This document shows, piece by piece, positions 27,582 to 36,968 of a DNA stretch of 48,119 bases (the stretch's first letter is position 1; each line of letters starts with the position of its first letter). The DNA is from Thermodesulfobacteriota bacterium (GTDB lineage: Bacteria; Desulfobacterota_D; UBA1144; Nemesobacterales; JAJCZQ01): assembly GCA_965203965.1 (NCBI GenBank), contig CBDBDR010000009.1, positions 1 to 48,119 of the forward strand, given 5' to 3'. The notes beneath the pieces are model-generated. The model did not search any database. It was not told the DNA's origin and worked only from the letters and a program-made list of their open reading frames with translations. The position numbers were made by a program, and so were the translations under genes.

Positions 27582-27743
27582 ATGAAAGAATTAACAAAAA
27601 AAGAACTTGGAAAACCAGTCGCAATTGAGCAGCTCCCGTTTGTTTCTTATGACCATCCAATTTCTCGTGGTGTTTGTCATAGATGTTATGGAGAAACTGA
27701 AAACCATTCGGTTTCCAGATGTGACAAATGTACTGGAAAATAA
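27582..27743 (+). CDS. Variant 10th copy of the 53-aa zinc-finger gene
   Basis: Three substitutions: one synonymous, G34R and Y42H. Promoters at 27518 and 27768 flank it. Confidence 0.85.
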   Translation: MKELTKKELGKPVAIEQLPFVSYDHPISRGVCHRCYGETENHSVSRCDKCTGK

Positions 27744-27831
27744 TTTCAAAAAATTTTAAAAATACTATTTACATTTATGAAAAAACGGTATATAATTATA
27801 TTGAGAACAAAAAATAATGGAGGTATTTAGA

Positions 27832-28185
27832 ATGGGATATTGGGAAAGAAAATCGGGTACGGAATTACCATCTCCGAGTTTGAGATTTTCCGCTAAGTTG
27901 AACGCGGTTCAAGCGGCAACAGTTCTCGCTGGGGGAATTGGAAAAAAATATACTGCAATATTTCTACAAGTTGCAGAAGATGAGGGATTTACAAAATACG
28001 TTTTGGAGAATTCCATTTTGATAGATGATGGAAATGGGGGAGATAAAATAGTTCTTGAATGTACGGAAGATCATACGAGATATTCCATATCTCGTTCGGA
28101 ATGTTTAAACAATAATGGACGCCCAACACTCAAAGGAGTACGCGCCGCATTTAAAAGTTATTTTAACAGCCGACGAGGATTATAA
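27832..28185 (+). CDS. Hypothetical cassette protein (117 aa)
   Basis: ATG 27832 (MGYWERK) after the element RBS. Confidence 0.75.
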   Translation: MGYWERKSGTELPSPSLRFSAKLNAVQAATVLAGGIGKKYTAIFLQVAEDEGFTKYVLENSILIDDGNGGDKIVLECTEDHTRYSISRSECLNNNGRPTLKGVRAAFKSYFNSRRGL

Positions 28186-28243
28186 CAAAAATGCTTAAAT
28201 TTATATTTGAATTGTTTGTTATTTTAGTATTATTAAGTCTTTT

Positions 28244-29500
28244 ATGGTCACGTTAGACGTTGTAGAACGACTGATCAAAACTCCGCGAGTTGCTTTATTT
28301 GCGAAACCGGGAATGGGGAAAACTCGCTGGGTTGTTGAAATGTTAACACGCGTAAGACCAAAAAAGACATTAATTATTGGTCCGCCACTAGTTTTATCAA
28401 CTACTTGGGTTCAAGAACTTAAAATGAAAGATCTTGATTTCGTTTTGTGTGATGGAAGTCCTCAAAAGAGAAAAGAAAAATTAATATCGCCACATGATAT
28501 TTATATGATTAGCGCGAATTTAATTCCGTGGATTGTGCCGGAATTAAAAGATTTTGATTGTGTGATCATTGACGAATCTACTATGTTTAAGTCTTCAAAA
28601 TCAAATCGTTTTAAGAAACTTAAAAAACCAATTCAGTCTATTCCCCGCCGGGTGTTGATGACTGGGACACCTATTTCTAACGGCATTCAAAACATTTGGA
28701 GTCAAATGTTTTTGTTAGACGGGGGAGAAAGATTGGGTAAAAGGCATGGAGAATTTATGTTTCGTTGGTTTGTTCGGGTGAGTGAATGGAAATGGATCCC
28801 CCGAGTCGGCGCGATGGATGAGATTGTAAAGATAATTTCGGACATTGTCATAAACGTAGATGATGTTGAATTTGCAGAATCGGAGTATAAAATATTCAAT
28901 ACGTGGTTAAATGATCAAAGTAAAAAATTTTATATGGAAATTCAAAATGATCTTGTAAGTAGCTGGGGAGAAAGTGATGTTGGGATTGATAATGCAACGG
29001 TTGCTTTGAATAAGTTGTGTCAAATTGCTAATGGCGCCATGTATTATGAAGACGATGTAATTCACATTCATGAGCAAAAGTATTCGGCATTAAGACTTAT
29101 AGAACTTCAAAGTCAATCGCTTATCGTTGTATATAACTATAAGTTTCAGCTTGATCAACTTCTACAAATGGGATATACTCACTTACAAACACCATCTGAC
29201 ATTGACGATTGGAATAACGGGAAAATAAAGAAATTAACATTACATCCACGTTCGGCGGGATATGGATTAAATTTACAATTCGGTGGATCTTCACTTGTAT
29301 GGTTGGGATTAACTTGGGATTTTGAATTATATGCACAGACAAACGCCAGATTAATTCGCCGGGGGCAAACTTCTAAAGTTACAATATGGCACATTCTCGC
29401 TCAAAAAACGGTAGACTTTATAATTTACTCTTCTTTATGCAATAAAGATATGACACAGCGAGATTTTCTAAATAGTATTCCGTTAATTTTACGTAGTTGA
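28244..29500 (+). CDS. SNF2-like superfamily 2 helicase
   Basis: PGMGKT, IIDEST, MTGTP, SAGYGLNLQ, QTNARLIRRGQ. Confidence 0.92.
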   Translation: MVTLDVVERLIKTPRVALFAKPGMGKTRWVVEMLTRVRPKKTLIIGPPLVLSTTWVQELKMKDLDFVLCDGSPQKRKEKLISPHDIYMISANLIPWIVPELKDFDCVIIDESTMFKSSKSNRFKKLKKPIQSIPRRVLMTGTPISNGIQNIWSQMFLLDGGERLGKRHGEFMFRWFVRVSEWKWIPRVGAMDEIVKIISDIVINVDDVEFAESEYKIFNTWLNDQSKKFYMEIQNDLVSSWGESDVGIDNATVALNKLCQIANGAMYYEDDVIHIHEQKYSALRLIELQSQSLIVVYNYKFQLDQLLQMGYTHLQTPSDIDDWNNGKIKKLTLHPRSAGYGLNLQFGGSSLVWLGLTWDFELYAQTNARLIRRGQTSKVTIWHILAQKTVDFIIYSSLCNKDMTQRDFLNSIPLILRS

Positions 29501-29523
29501 ATCAATGTGTTATAATATTGATC

Positions 29524-30207
29524 ATGCTTCCAAACTCATTATTTACTGGCGAAACATTCGCTTGTTCGGAAAATGTGCCGCATTTATCTCCCGATTTATT
29601 TATTGCCGAAAATTCGTCGGACCAACTTTCTAATGATGAGATAACAAATTTATTATTGGGATTATCTCCGGCAATATTGAATTATACTTCACAATATACT
29701 TTAACTTTTATTCATCTCGGAGTTCCTTCAAAATTTAATCACACAGTCGATCCCGCGGTAATATCAACAATAGTTGGCACAGTTGTCGGAGAAAAAATTG
29801 TTTTTAGAGTTCATCCATTATCCCCGGATGTTTATCCTGTTGGACCATATTCTCTTTTCTTTACATTTACCGTTTTATTTGATGGGGATGTGTTTATGAA
29901 AAAAAATTATACAACGGGATCATTTATTTTACAAGAACCCGGTGGAGAGCAATCTGATATATATTATAATTCAAACATTATTGCAATCCTCAGATCTGTG
30001 ATTGAATCAAAACTCACAGACCGTAAAGACATAACTTCTTATTCTTTGGGCGGTCGTAGTATTTCAACTATGACTTTAGAGGAATTACAAAAACAGTTAC
30101 GAATATATGAAGTTCGGTTGTCTAGACTTATACGACCTAGAACTTTTTGGGAAATAAATCGCCCAACACGGTTGTTTCGTTCTTGGTATGGTGAGGAATA
30201 CCCATGA
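29524..30207 (+). CDS. Head-tail joining protein (gpW-like C-terminus) with long N-terminal extension
   Basis: SYSLGGRSISTMTLEELQKQL directly before the portal; ATG 29524 lies 7 nt after TGTTATAAT. Confidence 0.6.
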   Translation: MLPNSLFTGETFACSENVPHLSPDLFIAENSSDQLSNDEITNLLLGLSPAILNYTSQYTLTFIHLGVPSKFNHTVDPAVISTIVGTVVGEKIVFRVHPLSPDVYPVGPYSLFFTFTVLFDGDVFMKKNYTTGSFILQEPGGEQSDIYYNSNIIAILRSVIESKLTDRKDITSYSLGGRSISTMTLEELQKQLRIYEVRLSRLIRPRTFWEINRPTRLFRSWYGEEYP

Positions 30208-31619
30208 AAATATGGCCGTTGATTAAAAGTTTTTTTTCTAAAAGTTCTCCAAGCGTGTATGTTAAATCTAATCATGGCAATAATCCATATTCTAGTTCGT
30301 ATTCTCGGTATTCGCCTTCAAATTATTTAAGATACTTTTCTCAATTTCCTCAAATAATTGCATTCAAAAAGGTAATGGATAATAATGTTATTGGGAATGA
30401 CCCACCAATTCCAACGTTTACAAACGTTAAAAGTCAGCGAGATATGGAAATGCTAATAGAATTTTGGAATTCTTGGAGTGAAAGAGTTTCAGTTTCAGGC
30501 GATGAATCTTGGGGAATTTATTTGCGCCAACTTGTCCAGACGTATGTTATTTCTGGAAAAGTATTTACACTTATTCGTTACCACGAAGATTATAATTACG
30601 GTGTTGGTCTTCAAGTTTTAACTCGCGATTGTTTAGATACAACTTTTGGTACAATTCCCACGCCGTATAAAATGGTTGATGGAGAAAAATTAGTCGCATA
30701 TCGCGGAGAAGTATTTGCTAACTCTGGTAGAAAAGTTGGATATTTATTTCGTTCAAATTCTTTTTTTAGTAATTCTCCATTTAGTTCAACATTTCCGTCT
30801 CAGGCGTATATGCCAACATTAGACGTATTATACTTAAAAAACATTTCTGACTATGGAAATGTTGATCATTTTCCGGAAGATCTTATTAGCATTCAAGAAG
30901 TTATTGATAATATTAATAAAATTGAAAAGTCGTATACTAATGCATTAATGATCGCTGCGTCAAAAATGGGATTTATAGTTTCTAAAAATGAGTCTGATGT
31001 TTTTATTGATCCAGTTTTACCGGATGGAGATATTCAAGAACAAGGCGGATCTTTACCATCTCAATTTACAGGGAGTGCGATTGAGACATTGCCCCCAGGA
31101 TTTGAATTTCAATCATTTGATGCGTCAGGACCAACGGGTGATGTCGTTGGTTTCCGAAAAGACATGCAAAAATTGATCAGTGCAACTTTGGGGATTGATT
31201 ATGCTACAAACACGGGTGATTTATCTTCTACAAATTATTCATCTACAAAATATGGCGCTGCGGTTACTCGCGATGCGTACCGATCGTATCAAAAAATTAT
31301 TGAAGAGCAAATATGTCGGCCGTTAATAAAGCGACTTATCTTAAAGGGTGTTGAAGGCGGGTACTTAAAATTCAAATCGCCTAAAAGCATTGATCAATGC
31401 TTAATGACGCCGTGGAAGTTTAGAGCTTGGAGTAGTATTGATGCAATTAAAGAATCAGTTGCGGCAAAACATAATTTAAGCAGTGGCGTTACAAGTCCTC
31501 AAAGGGTCGCGTCTTCTCTCGGTGTGGACATTGAAAACATATTGACGGAAGTTAAGCAGTTCAAAAATTTGTTAGAAAAAAATGGACTTACCATGGAAGA
31601 TCTTTCAAAATTCAAATAA
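30204..31619 (+). CDS. Portal protein, lambda family
   Basis: LPPGFEF, ISATLGIDY...TGDLSSTNYSS, WSSIDAIKE. Confidence 0.9.
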   Translation: MKIWPLIKSFFSKSSPSVYVKSNHGNNPYSSSYSRYSPSNYLRYFSQFPQIIAFKKVMDNNVIGNDPPIPTFTNVKSQRDMEMLIEFWNSWSERVSVSGDESWGIYLRQLVQTYVISGKVFTLIRYHEDYNYGVGLQVLTRDCLDTTFGTIPTPYKMVDGEKLVAYRGEVFANSGRKVGYLFRSNSFFSNSPFSSTFPSQAYMPTLDVLYLKNISDYGNVDHFPEDLISIQEVIDNINKIEKSYTNALMIAASKMGFIVSKNESDVFIDPVLPDGDIQEQGGSLPSQFTGSAIETLPPGFEFQSFDASGPTGDVVGFRKDMQKLISATLGIDYATNTGDLSSTNYSSTKYGAAVTRDAYRSYQKIIEEQICRPLIKRLILKGVEGGYLKFKSPKSIDQCLMTPWKFRAWSSIDAIKESVAAKHNLSSGVTSPQRVASSLGVDIENILTEVKQFKNLLEKNGLTMEDLSKFK

Positions 31620-31658
31620 CTATTTACTTTTGAATTTAGAGTGTTAAAATTTATTATT

Positions 31659-33734
31659 ATGATTGAACAAAAAATAATAACAGACGAATTAAAGAAATCT
31701 CCGTCGATCCGTACGAATAAAAAAACAATAACAGATGAATTGAAAAAGAAATCTCAGCATATTCGTGAAAATAAAATTGCTACTTTTATGAACGAAAGTG
31801 TTGTATACAATTCTAAAAAGAATAGTGTTTCTTTTGAATTATCTGTTGCTTCGGGAACGACCCGTTTAGTTCAAAGCTTTTGGTGGGCATATTATGAAAC
31901 GTTGGACGTTATGGGGGTAGATACTAAATATCTTGATGATGGTTACGGCGTTGTTTTACGATACCATGACCGAAAAGACCATGTTGGTAATATAACGAAT
32001 GTTAGAGTTGATCCTAAAAATGAAAAGATTTATGCAACTTTAGAATTTTATTTGGACGTAGCGGAAAGTAGATCTGTTTTTGAACGAGTGCGTAACGGAT
32101 TATACCGGAATGTATCTATTGGCTATTATGCAAAAGATGGAGCGGATGCATTAGAAGTTAAAGAATTAGAAGATGATGATAACGATAATGACGTTAATTA
32201 TGAAGTTATTTTTAGAGACTGGGTATTGGCAGAAGTTTCATTTGTGCCGGTCCCCGCTGATGCGACGGTCGGAGTAGGCCGGAGTAAAAATTCAAGTATG
32301 GAGGAAAAACAAATGTCAAATCCGGTTGAACAAGAAGTCATTGAGACTTCTCAAGAAAAAGAGGGTCTTTCGGAAAAAATAGAAGTATCTCCGGAAAAGG
32401 TTAAAGATAATGAAAGGAATTTAGATACTATTCTGGATGGATTTAGAGGATTAATAGACTCTTCACGACTTTCATTTGACGAATTTAGAGAAAGATTGAT
32501 CACCGTCCATAACGGATCGCGGATTACAGAGCGAGATGTCGCAAAAGAACTTGTAACATTAGAACGTTCTAAGTCTGGTTCTGATGTTGAAAAACTTTCA
32601 ACCGTCAATGTTGTAAGAAATGAAACTGAATTTTCTTGCGGTAAAATATTACAGAATTACATCCGTGGCGTCCCCCAAGACGGGGAAGAGCGTGAACTCT
32701 TAGATGAATTTACTCGTAAGACTGAATCGTACGCTCCGTTAACTTCTAGCATGGGTGGAATTATAATTCCTCACGCCGCTTTCGCACGCGATAGGTCTAT
32801 GTCAAAATTGTTGGATATGCGTGCAGTAGATGTAGCAGCAACGCCGGCGGGGTATCATCATGAGATGTTTGACGAAACGAATTTTGTAGATGCTCTTGTT
32901 TCTAAAGCATATTTACTTCCAGAGATTACGATATTGCCCGACAATTTAGTTCAAGACCTAGTTGGCGTCGTTGAAAGTGGTGCTTGGACTGTTAGTCATA
33001 CCGATCAAGACGATGCAATTACGGAAAGTACTGGCGTAACATTTGGAAATAGAACTTTCAAATGGCACCAAATAAACGCCAGAGTTAAAGTTAGGAAAAG
33101 ATCCTTAGACCAATCTACTTTGCTGATGGGGAGAATTATGCAGCAAGCCCAAAGAGATATTGCTCGTGGCGTAGATAATGTAATATTAAACGGGACCGGG
33201 AGTTCTGCGCAGCCGACTGGCATATTTGCTCTTGCGGGATTAGACTCTGTTGATGGCGGAGCTGCTGCAAATGCAAATATCAAACCATCGTATAAGTTGA
33301 TGGTAGATTTGAGGACGGAACTTTATAAGAACAATGCTGAACACATGGAAGCATGCTATGTTTTAACTCCCGAGACGTATGGGACTTTGCAGGTGAGTTC
33401 AAGATTGACCGGTGCGACCGGTAGTGCTGCGGATGCAATTGTTCAGGTTGGTCCCGATAAAACAAAGATGATTGATGGATATAAACTTATTGTGACGAAT
33501 CATCTTAGAAAAAATGCAAATCGTGGAACAACGACTGGCAAAAGTCATTATGGATTGTTCGGGAATTTGAAAGAAATGGAGATGGGTATGTTCCAGGGAG
33601 TTGAATTTTTTATGGATCCATATAGTGAATCGGCAAATTCTTTAATTAATTTGTATGTGCGTCAAGCGTATGATATTTTACCAAGACACGTGGCGTCTTT
33701 CGCCGCAATATTAAATTTAGATCCAGCACTATAA
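31659..33734 (+). CDS. Prohead protease fused to HK97-fold major capsid protein
   Basis: Protease motifs LRYHD, NVSIGY, EVSFVPVPAD; capsid motifs GGIIIP, ILNGTGSSAQPTGI, LFGNL. ATG 31659 preferred to GTG 31641. Confidence 0.9.
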   Translation: MIEQKIITDELKKSPSIRTNKKTITDELKKKSQHIRENKIATFMNESVVYNSKKNSVSFELSVASGTTRLVQSFWWAYYETLDVMGVDTKYLDDGYGVVLRYHDRKDHVGNITNVRVDPKNEKIYATLEFYLDVAESRSVFERVRNGLYRNVSIGYYAKDGADALEVKELEDDDNDNDVNYEVIFRDWVLAEVSFVPVPADATVGVGRSKNSSMEEKQMSNPVEQEVIETSQEKEGLSEKIEVSPEKVKDNERNLDTILDGFRGLIDSSRLSFDEFRERLITVHNGSRITERDVAKELVTLERSKSGSDVEKLSTVNVVRNETEFSCGKILQNYIRGVPQDGEERELLDEFTRKTESYAPLTSSMGGIIIPHAAFARDRSMSKLLDMRAVDVAATPAGYHHEMFDETNFVDALVSKAYLLPEITILPDNLVQDLVGVVESGAWTVSHTDQDDAITESTGVTFGNRTFKWHQINARVKVRKRSLDQSTLLMGRIMQQAQRDIARGVDNVILNGTGSSAQPTGIFALAGLDSVDGGAAANANIKPSYKLMVDLRTELYKNNAEHMEACYVLTPETYGTLQVSSRLTGATGSAADAIVQVGPDKTKMIDGYKLIVTNHLRKNANRGTTTGKSHYGLFGNLKEMEMGMFQGVEFFMDPYSESANSLINLYVRQAYDILPRHVASFAAILNLDPAL

Positions 33735-33748
33735 TTTAGGAGGCGAGT

Positions 33749-34075
33749 ATGAATTTAAATGATGTTTCAAAAGTTGTTTTAGTGACCAGGAGGTCAAAGG
33801 TTTTTCGGCAAGAAGGAGAAATAGCGTCTTATCCTCCGGGGAGTGAAATTACCATCAATGACAGCCAAGATATAAATACTCTCGGGATGGGTGTGACGCC
33901 ACAAGATTATTCTTATTTCCAGCCTACGATTAATAATAAAGTACGTTATTTTGCAAGTGACGGAGAAAGTTTTCGCGAATTTGATACTTCTAAAGCGGCG
34001 AAGGATTTTGCTAAAGTTATTCAGAATACCGATAAAAAAGACAAGAAAGACAAGAAAGAAGATCCCGTGTTATGA
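33749..34075 (+). CDS. Hypothetical head-associated protein
   Basis: AGGAGG RBS; follows the capsid gene. Confidence 0.6.
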   Translation: MNLNDVSKVVLVTRRSKVFRQEGEIASYPPGSEITINDSQDINTLGMGVTPQDYSYFQPTINNKVRYFASDGESFREFDTSKAAKDFAKVIQNTDKKDKKDKKEDPVL

Positions 34076-34353
34076 GTTATTTGAATGAAGATTTATCCCG
34101 ATGTTACGGGGATTTTAATCCCGTAAAAAATTCTAATGGTGTCACAGTTTCTGGGTGGATAGAAACTGTGACATCAGAAGATTATTCGGACACGGATGGA
34201 GTTTGGGTCCGGTCTGACCAAAAAATTTTGCATACGGGTATGACTACCAAAGTTGGGGATATTTATATAGACGAACATGATATTTCATACTCCGTGACCG
34301 GATTATTAACTGACAATGAGGGTCATAAAACGTATGCTTTGCGTAAGCAATGA
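34072..34353 (+). CDS. Probable head-closure protein (FII-like)
   Basis: Position and size; VGD...Y-x-V...D..G...L pattern. Confidence 0.5.
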   Translation: MSYLNEDLSRCYGDFNPVKNSNGVTVSGWIETVTSEDYSDTDGVWVRSDQKILHTGMTTKVGDIYIDEHDISYSVTGLLTDNEGHKTYALRKQ

Positions 34354-34889
34354 TACGTACGACAAATAATTTTGCGGAAATTGGAAAAGTAGTTTTAAAA
34401 AACTACAACCGAAAGTTATCTCCTGCAAAAATTCGTAAAGTGATCCTTCCTGATTTTAGAGATTCTAAAAATCGCTTAGTGGATTTGATCCGCAATACTA
34501 CTAAATTATCTAAGGCACAATCTAAACGGCGTGTCCGTGATAATTCTCGCGGTAAGGCCAGATTTGGAAAAGTTTTAGATTTAGCTCTATGGACATCGGG
34601 TCGTGCAACAATTGTTCATCTTGGAAGGTTCAAACCGCGGAAAAGGACCGCTGGATCATCTCTTCGTATTAAAGGGCGGCGATATCCACATGCGTTTTTA
34701 TATCGCGCCAACAAGTTTACCGGCGAAAAATCCCGAGTATATTCTCGTGAATTTGGTGATTTCAAAGCTTTGAACATTAAACAACGCGATGTTCAGTTTG
34801 TATATCGCCGATATGGAAGAGCCATTGCTTCTAGATATGGAAATCGTATGGCAAAAAAGTTAGTTAAATTTTTAAGTACTTTTGACTAA
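34350..34889 (+). CDS. Probable neck / tail-completion protein (gpZ-like)
   Basis: Very basic 179 aa with YPHAF; position after head closure. Confidence 0.55.
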   Translation: MIRTTNNFAEIGKVVLKNYNRKLSPAKIRKVILPDFRDSKNRLVDLIRNTTKLSKAQSKRRVRDNSRGKARFGKVLDLALWTSGRATIVHLGRFKPRKRTAGSSLRIKGRRYPHAFLYRANKFTGEKSRVYSREFGDFKALNIKQRDVQFVYRRYGRAIASRYGNRMAKKLVKFLSTFD

Positions 34890-35049
34890 AAAGTCAGTCC
34901 CTCCGGGTGACATAGAGGCACTTTAAGACTTACAGATGTGTATTACTATTATCCAAAAACTTTAAAATAAATGTAAAAATACTATTTACATTTATGAAAA
35001 AACGGTATATAATTATATTGAGAACAAAAAATAATGGAGGTATTTAGAT
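34881..35049 (+). repeat. Element copy 8
   Basis: Hairpin 34896-34922, promoter 34985-35013, GGAGGT. Confidence 0.9.
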
Positions 35050-35526
35050 ATGAGCAAATTGATTAAAAATAAACCAAGTGAGTATGTTCAAGATTTATTG
35101 GACGGAATTGAATGGGCAAAAAAGCATCGCGATAAGTTCATGATTAACATGAGAACATTTGGATCAGTAGAAGAAAACGGAATTTGTGTCGGTTGCTGTG
35201 CAACTGCAGCATTACAAGCAATAAATGATCGCCCATTTAGTAGCAATGAAATTGGAGTTAGAAAAGACAGGGCTGCAGCACTAAATGAAGATACAGGAGA
35301 CGTAGATAAATTTGAAGAGGTTATAAATTTACTACGAATTGGTGATCTTAATAACTTCTTTATAGAGGCAGATGAAAAATTGTGCGGCGAGAACTACGAA
35401 ATGATAAACACAATTGTTGACGATTGGGACGATTTGTGGAGGCTTAACCGGAGCAATTGGGAAAGTGAATCTGAACTGAATACAATACGAAAGTTTCAAA
35501 AAGTTCTGATTTCAAAAGGTCTTTAA
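35050..35526 (+). CDS. Hypothetical cassette protein (158 aa, CVGCC motif)
   Basis: Flanked by element promoters at 34985 and 35562; duplicated at 26992-27482. Confidence 0.8.
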   Translation: MSKLIKNKPSEYVQDLLDGIEWAKKHRDKFMINMRTFGSVEENGICVGCCATAALQAINDRPFSSNEIGVRKDRAAALNEDTGDVDKFEEVINLLRIGDLNNFFIEADEKLCGENYEMINTIVDDWDDLWRLNRSNWESESELNTIRKFQKVLISKGL

Positions 35527-35625
35527 TGATTAAATAATTTCAAAAAATTTTAAAAATACTATTTACATTTATGAAAAAACGGTATATAATTATATTGAGA
35601 ACAAAAAATAATGGAGGTATTTAGA

Positions 35626-35922
35626 ATGTATAGAGATCCAATACTTTTAATTCATGCAACCGCACAGTATCTGAAAGTTGCAAAAAAGAAAAAAGAAAAG
35701 TTAAGTCTCAAATAAAAGACTTATTAAACCGGGGAGCTGATCCTAATAAAACTCAAGGGTGTTATCTGACACCCTTGAAAATGGCAATTGATTCCGGCGA
35801 CGAAAACTTAATTGCATTATTTCAATCTAAATAGATTGAAATATCATAACGGGTATAATCCTAACAAACGCCGCGGTTGTCTTAATACAGCGGTAGAAAT
35901 TGCCATAAACAATAAACAATAA
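35626..35922 (+). pseudogene. Frameshifted ankyrin-repeat gene
   Basis: ATG 35626 after the element RBS stops after 29 aa. The -1 frame reads LLNRGADPNKTQGCYLTPLKMAIDSGDENLIALF. A second degenerate repeat, NGYNPNKRRGCLNTAVEIAI, follows in another frame. Confidence 0.65.
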
Positions 35923-36014
35923 AGAGTATAAGTTAGTTAGATTTTTGATTTTATCTGAGAAGTTAAATAAATCTGAAATCTTAAAAGAATTTGAAAAAAT
36001 ATAAGGAGATAAAA

Positions 36015-36266
36015 ATGAATATTAAAGAAATTGGAACCGCGGTGCGGTGGGAAGATTATCACGCACCAACAAACGATACGGTTGTGGTAACGGGCATTGT
36101 TGCTGACATAAAAGATAACTGCTATATTATTTCGGTGCAAGAGATAAAAACAAAAAAGTCAAATAAAAAAATGAACCGACGCGAGCTCTTAAAGTTTCCA
36201 AGTCTTACGGCTTGCAAGATTGATTTTTCAGAATTAAATGAAAAAGAAGTTATGATTGAAAAATAA
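36015..36266 (+). CDS. Hypothetical protein (distant VGxRIxW-like)
   Basis: AAGGAG RBS; IGTAVRW...VTGIVADI. Confidence 0.65.
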   Translation: MNIKEIGTAVRWEDYHAPTNDTVVVTGIVADIKDNCYIISVQEIKTKKSNKKMNRRELLKFPSLTACKIDFSELNEKEVMIEK

Positions 36267-36282
36267 TTTTAAGGAGGTGTTT

Positions 36283-36693
36283 ATGATTAAATTAGAGTTA
36301 ATAGATATGGGAAAAAGTTATTCATTTGGCGTGTATGTACCAAGTTTATTGTATGAGCGGTATTTCGACAAAACATGCAAAAAAGTTAAGTGCCGACTGC
36401 ATTGGGTGAAAGATATCCCGGTGACGGCAATAAAGGAATATAATGACACAATAACTGATGTTGAAATTCCTAAATTATCTTTATTTCATGCCGCGACTCC
36501 AAATTTTTCGTGGTCGGGTTATCTTTATACGGACATAACTAGCCGATTAAGTTCATGGAGTGAATTTTTGGATGTGAGAATGAACATGAGCATATTAAAA
36601 ATGTTGCTCCATCCTCAAGATCAAGCGTGGTTTAAGGATATTCTTTATTTACGGAGATTTTCTACATCTCGTGTAAGAACTGACATTCAGTAA
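36283..36693 (+). CDS. Hypothetical protein
   Basis: AAGGAGGTG RBS before ATG 36283. Confidence 0.7.
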   Translation: MIKLELIDMGKSYSFGVYVPSLLYERYFDKTCKKVKCRLHWVKDIPVTAIKEYNDTITDVEIPKLSLFHAATPNFSWSGYLYTDITSRLSSWSEFLDVRMNMSILKMLLHPQDQAWFKDILYLRRFSTSRVRTDIQ

Positions 36694-36761
36694 AATAAAT
36701 ACATAATACACAAATTTTCATTTTGTGTATTATGTATTATAATATTTATAGGAGGTTTAAC

Positions 36762-36968
36762 ATGACAACAATAAAATTAAATGTACGCAATAAAGATTAT
36801 AAGGTTATCGGTGTAGATGGAGTTGAAGTAAAAGTTCCTAATTTTCAAGGGCGTATCCATTCCGCCATCAAGCAAGTAGTGACAAATGAGTATACGTGGC
36901 TTAATGTAAGAAATAAATACTGGAAAGGAATTAAAAATGATAAACCAAATAAGAAATCAAATTCTTGA
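36762..36968 (+). CDS. Hypothetical protein (68 aa)
   Basis: AGGAGGT RBS before ATG 36762. Confidence 0.65.
   Translation: MTTIKLNVRNKDYKVIGVDGVEVKVPNFQGRIHSAIKQVVTNEYTWLNVRNKYWKGIKNDKPNKKSNS

Noticed and set aside
27817..27831. MEVFR/MEVFN N-terminal extensions (also 16757, 19704, 42613)
   Set aside because: That ATG overlaps the element's GGAGGT RBS. The downstream ATG is correctly spaced.
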